Assembly (NCBI GenBank): GCA_011364985.1
Contig: RDOC01000010.1
Span: 1 to 22,163, forward strand
DNA from: Candidatus Thorarchaeota archaeon
Lineage (GTDB): Archaea; Asgardarchaeota; Thorarchaeia; Thorarchaeales; Thorarchaeaceae
DNA length: 22,163 nt
Direction: 5' to 3'
Under the pieces are notes generated by a model, which had not been told where the DNA came from, did not search any database, and saw only the letters and a program-made list of their open reading frames with translations. This document shows positions 17,537 to 22,163 of this stretch, piece after piece. The stretch's first letter is position 1. The number at the start of each line of letters is the position of its first letter. Made by a program: the position numbers and the translations under genes.

Positions 17537-18096
17537 CTGAAACCGAAAGCGTGACTGAACACCATATGGCTCCCGAAGAGGAGCATGAGGAGGAATATGC
17601 TCTCTTCAGGCAGGTAATGGCTGACCTTGAAGGAGATGTACTAATCGAAGGTTCTTACGTTCACAAACAACCCCGTCGCCTTTTCTTTCAAGTCTTGCCC
17701 GACAAGCTTCGAGATGTAGTTCAGTACTTTATGACTACACATGATATGTGGCAGGCAAGTACATTGTCAGGTCGAGACCTAGGTGATGACCTTCAAGCTA
17801 ACTACCATTTCTTTCTGAATGACCAAAAAATCGCCATTACTTTACGAGTCAATGTGCCGCGAAACAAACCTGAGTATTCATCGATTACAGACCTGATGCC
17901 AGCCTTCGAGTTCGTGGAGAATGAGCTTCGTGAATTATTTGGAGTAATTCCGGTGGGTCATCCAAAACCACGCAGATGCGAATTGCCTGAAAACTGGCCC
18001 AAGAACGAGTATCCGATGAGAAAGGATTGGGCTGACCCAAGGGGGCTTATGCAGAGATCGAAGACCACAGGTCCCAAGAAGCCGGAGGAGTACTAA
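17533..18096 (+). CDS. NuoC/EchD/MbhK-like subunit
   Basis: SITDLMPA..ENELRELFGV...GHP..RR..LPENWP...YPMRKD. ATGA overlap with the upstream gene. Confidence 0.9.
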   Translation: MTETESVTEHHMAPEEEHEEEYALFRQVMADLEGDVLIEGSYVHKQPRRLFFQVLPDKLRDVVQYFMTTHDMWQASTLSGRDLGDDLQANYHFFLNDQKIAITLRVNVPRNKPEYSSITDLMPAFEFVENELRELFGVIPVGHPKPRRCELPENWPKNEYPMRKDWADPRGLMQRSKTTGPKKPEEY

Positions 18097-18098
18097 GA

Positions 18099-19319
18099 AT
18101 GACAGAATCAGACGAACCCAGAATCGTAATTCCACCAAGAGTGACTATACCCATTGGACCCCAGCATCCTGCACTGAAGGAACCAGGAATGTTCAAGCTT
18201 ACAGTAGAGGGTGAGCGGATAATTGATGCTGAGGTGAATATTGGCTATAATCACCGTTCCATTGAGAAAATTGCTGAGGGGCGAACATTTCTTCAGGTAC
18301 TGTATCTTGCTGAACGAATCTGTGGCATCTGTTCTGCGACCCACAATGGCACCCTTGCTCAGGCTGTTGAGGCTGCAGCCGAAGTAGAAATTCCGGAAAG
18401 GGCCAAATTCATACGGACCTTGACATGGGAGTTGGAGCGTATCCATTCACACATTCTATGGCTGGGTGTTGCATTCCACGAGGTTGGTTTTGATACCGCG
18501 TTCATGTATTCTTGGCGTGACCGTGAAGTTGTCATGGACCTACTGGAAACTCTGAGCGGAAATCGTGTAAACTATGCAATGAACACCATTGGAGGTGTTC
18601 GTCGAGATGTTACTGACTCCTTGAAGGAAACACTTCTGAAGGGCCTAGACAAATTGGAGGAACGCATGAAGTACTACCGCGATGTTGCCATCTATGAAAA
18701 GACCTTTTGGAACAGGGTCGATGGCGTTGGTGTCTTACCTAATAAAATAGCAAAATCTCATGGGGCTGTTGGACCTACGGGAAGAGGAAGTAATGTGCCC
18801 ACTGATGTTCGTTTTAATGATCCTACTCAGGCTTACGTTCATCTGAGAGATTCTGGCGAGTTTGAGATGGTCTTGTCAGATCGTGAAGATGTAGCAGGTC
18901 GAGCTATCGTACGAGTGGTCGAGACCATCGAGGCCGTCCGAATGTGTCGTTGGCTACTGCATAACCTCCCTGACGGTCCAATCCGTGAGAGAGTACGACC
19001 AAGGATTCAACCAAACGAAGTGCTTGCTAGGTACGAGGCCCCTAGGGGCGAGGTCATTCATTATCTCGTGACCAACGGCTCCGACAAACCTGAGCGTTGG
19101 AAGGTTCGTGCTCCAACACACGCCAATTGGGTCAGTATGGCATACACTCTTCGTGGAGGTTATCTAGCTGATGCACCAATCATTCTGGCCGCCATTGACC
19201 CATGTTTCAGCTGCACCGACAGAGTGGTTCTGGTAGATGCTGAGGACGAAACAATTCAATTGAAGCCTCTTGATGTGCTCAGGGCCGAGTCCAACAAATG
19301 GTATGAGTCTAGGACTTAG
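18099..19319 (+). CDS. Group 4 [NiFe]-hydrogenase large (catalytic) subunit (NuoD/EchE/MbhL-like)
   Basis: GPQHP, GYNHRSIEK, L1 motif ERICGIC, ELERIHSH, EAPRGE, L2 motif DPCFSCTDR followed by a C-terminal extension. Confidence 0.95.
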   Translation: MTESDEPRIVIPPRVTIPIGPQHPALKEPGMFKLTVEGERIIDAEVNIGYNHRSIEKIAEGRTFLQVLYLAERICGICSATHNGTLAQAVEAAAEVEIPERAKFIRTLTWELERIHSHILWLGVAFHEVGFDTAFMYSWRDREVVMDLLETLSGNRVNYAMNTIGGVRRDVTDSLKETLLKGLDKLEERMKYYRDVAIYEKTFWNRVDGVGVLPNKIAKSHGAVGPTGRGSNVPTDVRFNDPTQAYVHLRDSGEFEMVLSDREDVAGRAIVRVVETIEAVRMCRWLLHNLPDGPIRERVRPRIQPNEVLARYEAPRGEVIHYLVTNGSDKPERWKVRAPTHANWVSMAYTLRGGYLADAPIILAAIDPCFSCTDRVVLVDAEDETIQLKPLDVLRAESNKWYESRT

Positions 19320-19332
19320 GAGGAGAAATTTG

Positions 19333-20442
19333 ATGCAGGGAATTCTAGATGGAATTGTTCATATACTGATTCAGAGCTTCGGGATTCTTGTTTTCCCTGG
19401 AATTTTCTTCATCTCATTTCTTGCATTGCTTTGGGAGTGGATTGACCGCAAATTCTACGCCCGGCTCCAAAACAGAATGGGCCCGATGCATACTGGTTGG
19501 CATGGTATTCTGCAGCCGCTAATGGACTTCTTGAAACTCCTTGGAAAAGAAGATCTCACACCTGAAAAGGCGGACAAAAGAAGCTTCGCTGCTGTTCCCT
19601 TTGTAATGCTCAGTCTGAGTATCATACTAACCATGTTTCTACCCATTGTTGACATGAATCCCTTAGTTCCTGGAATACAAGGCATTCTGAGCTTTGAGGG
19701 CGATGTAATCATCGTACTCTTCATCTCCACACTGATGGCTATTACAATCGTCCTTGCAGGCTATTTCTCGTCGAATCCTTTTGGACAGACCGGCGCGGCC
19801 AGAACAGGTATGCTTCTCATCAGTTTTGAAATTCCGCTCATCATCTCCATGATCACTCCAGCAATGTTAACTGGAAGTCTGCGCGTATCTACAATTATGA
19901 ACAGACTGGCGGGACAAGCCGGTATCGCCTCGCTTCCGCTGGCTTATCTCTGGCTCCTAATTCTACCCTTCATTATCTTCATTGTTGCAATACAGGCTGA
20001 GCTTGAGCGTATTCCCTTTGACGTCAGTCATGCAGAAACTGAGATTGTACATGGGTGGCAAGTGGAATACAGTGGAAAGAAGCTGGCAATGATACACTTG
20101 GCTGAGGATATCATGCTGGTCTATGCGGCTGGCCTTGCAGTCACAATGTTCCTAGGAGGTCCATATCTCTTGGAGTTCATTCCGCTGGAGGTATTTTCCG
20201 TTGGATTTGCTTCCTTAATGGCCACAACTTGGGTAGGATGGATATACTATGCTCTTGTATTCATTCTAAAGTCTGTCATTGTCGTTTTGATATTGAGCAA
20301 CATGAGGACGCTATTTGCACGCTGGCGAATTGACCAGATTGTGCGAGCTGGATGGAAATTCATTGTTCCTTTGGCTTTGGTCAATCTTATGGTGGTCCAA
20401 TTTGCGCTAGTCTACATATTTCCATTGTTGGGGGTCGTCTGA
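19333..20442 (+). CDS. NuoH/EchB/MbhM-like membrane subunit
   Basis: DRKFYARLQNRMGP, QPLMDFLKLLGKE, ELERIPFD..HAETEIVHG..VEYSG, RWRIDQ. Start ATG 19333 (or TTG 19330) with AGGAGG upstream. Confidence 0.93.
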   Translation: MQGILDGIVHILIQSFGILVFPGIFFISFLALLWEWIDRKFYARLQNRMGPMHTGWHGILQPLMDFLKLLGKEDLTPEKADKRSFAAVPFVMLSLSIILTMFLPIVDMNPLVPGIQGILSFEGDVIIVLFISTLMAITIVLAGYFSSNPFGQTGAARTGMLLISFEIPLIISMITPAMLTGSLRVSTIMNRLAGQAGIASLPLAYLWLLILPFIIFIVAIQAELERIPFDVSHAETEIVHGWQVEYSGKKLAMIHLAEDIMLVYAAGLAVTMFLGGPYLLEFIPLEVFSVGFASLMATTWVGWIYYALVFILKSVIVVLILSNMRTLFARWRIDQIVRAGWKFIVPLALVNLMVVQFALVYIFPLLGVV

Positions 20443-20444
20443 AA

Positions 20445-20816
20445 ATGCCACGCTTGGGTAAGATGGAACGAGAACTTCTGAAGAGTGCGAGCGGAAAACA
20501 GGCAACAGTCCTGTATCCCTTTACGAAGGATGGATTGAACATTCCCGAGGGCCTTCGTGGAAGATGGGTATACAAGCATCCTGACGCTTGTACCGGATGC
20601 AAGATCTGTGAGAAGGTCTGCCCAAGCGAAGCAATTGAGATGATAGAATGCAGGGCAGAGGATGTACAGACAAAAACCGGGTATAGGCCTGTTTGTCACT
20701 TTGACAGATGTCTTCTCTGTGGTCAGTGCGTAGAATCATGCCCCCGAAACGTCTTGGAGCTATCCGAAACTTTTGAGATGGCGTATCTTTCACGTGAGGA
20801 TATGATCATCTACTAG
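20445..20816 (+). CDS. 2x[4Fe-4S] ferredoxin-like subunit (NuoI/EchF/MbhN-like)
   Basis: ATVLYPF...GLRG, CTGCKICEKVCP, CLLCGQCVESCP. Start ATG 20445. Confidence 0.93.
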   Translation: MPRLGKMERELLKSASGKQATVLYPFTKDGLNIPEGLRGRWVYKHPDACTGCKICEKVCPSEAIEMIECRAEDVQTKTGYRPVCHFDRCLLCGQCVESCPRNVLELSETFEMAYLSREDMIIY

Positions 20817-20865
20817 AAATTGTACCAGTATCCATCCGCTAATGCCCGTTCCAGAACCAGTGTCC

Positions 20866-21423
20866 TTACTCTTGCTCGGCCTTTGCTTTCTCTCCAGCCT
20901 TCATCCCGAGTTCAAGCGCCTTGACGTTTGTTTCAACGAATCTTGGCCAGCGGTTCTGTATTTGTTTTTTTATACCCTCGACAGACAATATACCGGTGAT
21001 TGCTGCAAATGCGCCAATCATGACAACATTGGTGGCCTGTTTCGTACCGACTTCTTCATCTGCTATTCGTGTTGCTGGTATCTTATAGAGTTTGACTCCC
21101 TTCGGCAAATCGCCCTCAATGTCCACAAGGTCTTCGTCAATGATCAAAACTCCGTTCTCCTTGAGACCGTGAATGTATTCAAGATAGGCCGCACGGCTTA
21201 GCGCGATGAACACATCGGGTTCCAGCACCTTAGGATAGTCGATCTCTTCATCTCCAATGACCAGCTCACTCTTGGAGGCACCCCCACGCGCCTCGGGTCC
21301 ATAGGACTGAGTCTGAACAACGAATTTGTTGTCATATAATGATGCAGTCTCTCCCATGACCACTGCCATGGTGACTACGCCCTGTCCGCCAAATCCACCA
21401 ATTCGAACTTCGTATCTGCTCAC
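20866..21423 (-). CDS. 2-oxoacid:ferredoxin oxidoreductase gamma subunit (KorC/OorC-like)
   Basis: RIGGFGGQGV, QSYGPEARGGAS, NVVMIGA, N.KALELG. GTG start overlaps the TAG of the beta gene. Confidence 0.93.
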   Translation of the reverse strand: MSRYEVRIGGFGGQGVVTMAVVMGETASLYDNKFVVQTQSYGPEARGGASKSELVIGDEEIDYPKVLEPDVFIALSRAAYLEYIHGLKENGVLIIDEDLVDIEGDLPKGVKLYKIPATRIADEEVGTKQATNVVMIGAFAAITGILSVEGIKKQIQNRWPRFVETNVKALELGMKAGEKAKAEQE

Positions 21424-22163
21424 TACTCGGTCCCCTTGATCTTGTCATGCATCTGCTTCAGGACTGCTGTGTATTCGGGCTTCTCGATGTTTACGAACTC
21501 TCCGCAGATTATCTTAGTATCATAGTGCAGCTCTGCCTCATGAGGGGGCAGGCCATTCTGAATCTCCGCAACCTCCAGCAGATGCTTATGCATGTCAACA
21601 CCATCGCCAAGACGATTCATTCTCCCAAAGGCAGTAGGGCATGCTCCCACTATTTCAATGAAGGAGAGGCCTTTTTTCTGGATGCCTTTCTCGATGGATT
21701 TTGTGGCTCGCCTTGCCTGAACAGCTGTCCACCGAGCAACAAAGGTGGCACCCGAAGATGCTGCAAGCTTCACTAGGTTGAAGGGGTGCTCTATATTCCC
21801 AATAGGTCGAGGACTCGTTTGCGAATATCGCTCGTGCTCTGTCGTGGGACCAAATTGGCCGCCGGTCATTCCGTAGATCTGGTTGTTGATGCATACAATG
21901 GTCATATCGAGATTTCTGCGGCATGCATGAATAAGATGATTACCGCCGATGGCAGCAATATCACCATCTCCGCTAACAACAATGACCTCGAGCTCAGGAT
22001 TTGCAATCTTGACTCCTTCAGCAAATGCAATTGCCCTGCCGTGTGTTGTATGAAATGTTCCTGTCTTGAAATACCCAGAGATTCTCCCGGAACATCCAAT
22101 CCCTGACACAATCACAACTTTCGTAAAGTCGAGGCCCAGATTATCAATGGCCCGTGCTACCAT
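21423..22163 (-). CDS. korB: 2-oxoacid:ferredoxin oxidoreductase beta (TPP-binding) subunit, 5'-partial
   Basis: SGIGCSGR, HTTHGRA, GDGD..AIGGNH..HA.RRN, NNQIYGMTGGQ, CPT. The N-terminal CxxC segment is not in the window, so the gene starts beyond the right edge. Confidence 0.9.
   Translation of the reverse strand: MVARAIDNLGLDFTKVVIVSGIGCSGRISGYFKTGTFHTTHGRAIAFAEGVKIANPELEVIVVSGDGDIAAIGGNHLIHACRRNLDMTIVCINNQIYGMTGGQFGPTTEHERYSQTSPRPIGNIEHPFNLVKLAASSGATFVARWTAVQARRATKSIEKGIQKKGLSFIEIVGACPTAFGRMNRLGDGVDMHKHLLEVAEIQNGLPPHEAELHYDTKIICGEFVNIEKPEYTAVLKQMHDKIKGTE

Noticed and set aside
1-22163. CRISPR arrays, tRNA/rRNA genes, transposases or integrases
   Set aside because: None recognised by eye: no regularly spaced repeats, cloverleaf patterns or recombinase motifs.

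Overview
Archaeal genomic window. Gene content and style suggest an Asgard, probably Thorarchaeia-like, anaerobe; this is inference only. From left to right it holds: S-adenosylhomocysteine hydrolase ahcY (minus strand, runs off the left edge); a divergent tandem Lrp/AsnC regulator; a DUF4184-like membrane protein; a gamma-carbonic-anhydrase-family protein; a ~670-nt unassigned gap; a frameshifted DUF998-like membrane gene; and two paralogous acyl-CoA synthetases flanking an orphan pair (2TM plus GAF-like protein, and a 1181-aa alpha-solenoid/Ig-like protein). It continues with a 2-hydroxyacyl-CoA dehydratase/benzoyl-CoA-reductase-family triad, a six-gene group-4 membrane [NiFe]-hydrogenase (complex I-like) operon, and convergent 2-oxoacid:ferredoxin oxidoreductase beta/gamma genes. 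The key observation is that ahcY is not truly truncated. It is interrupted in its conserved GHPS-EVMD motif by a 32-nt insertion (129-160) containing an in-frame stop. The exon-intron junctions fold into a bulge-helix-bulge-type motif whose predicted tRNA-splicing-endonuclease cut sites exactly restore the reading frame. This is a candidate archaeal mRNA intron in a gene other than cbf5.
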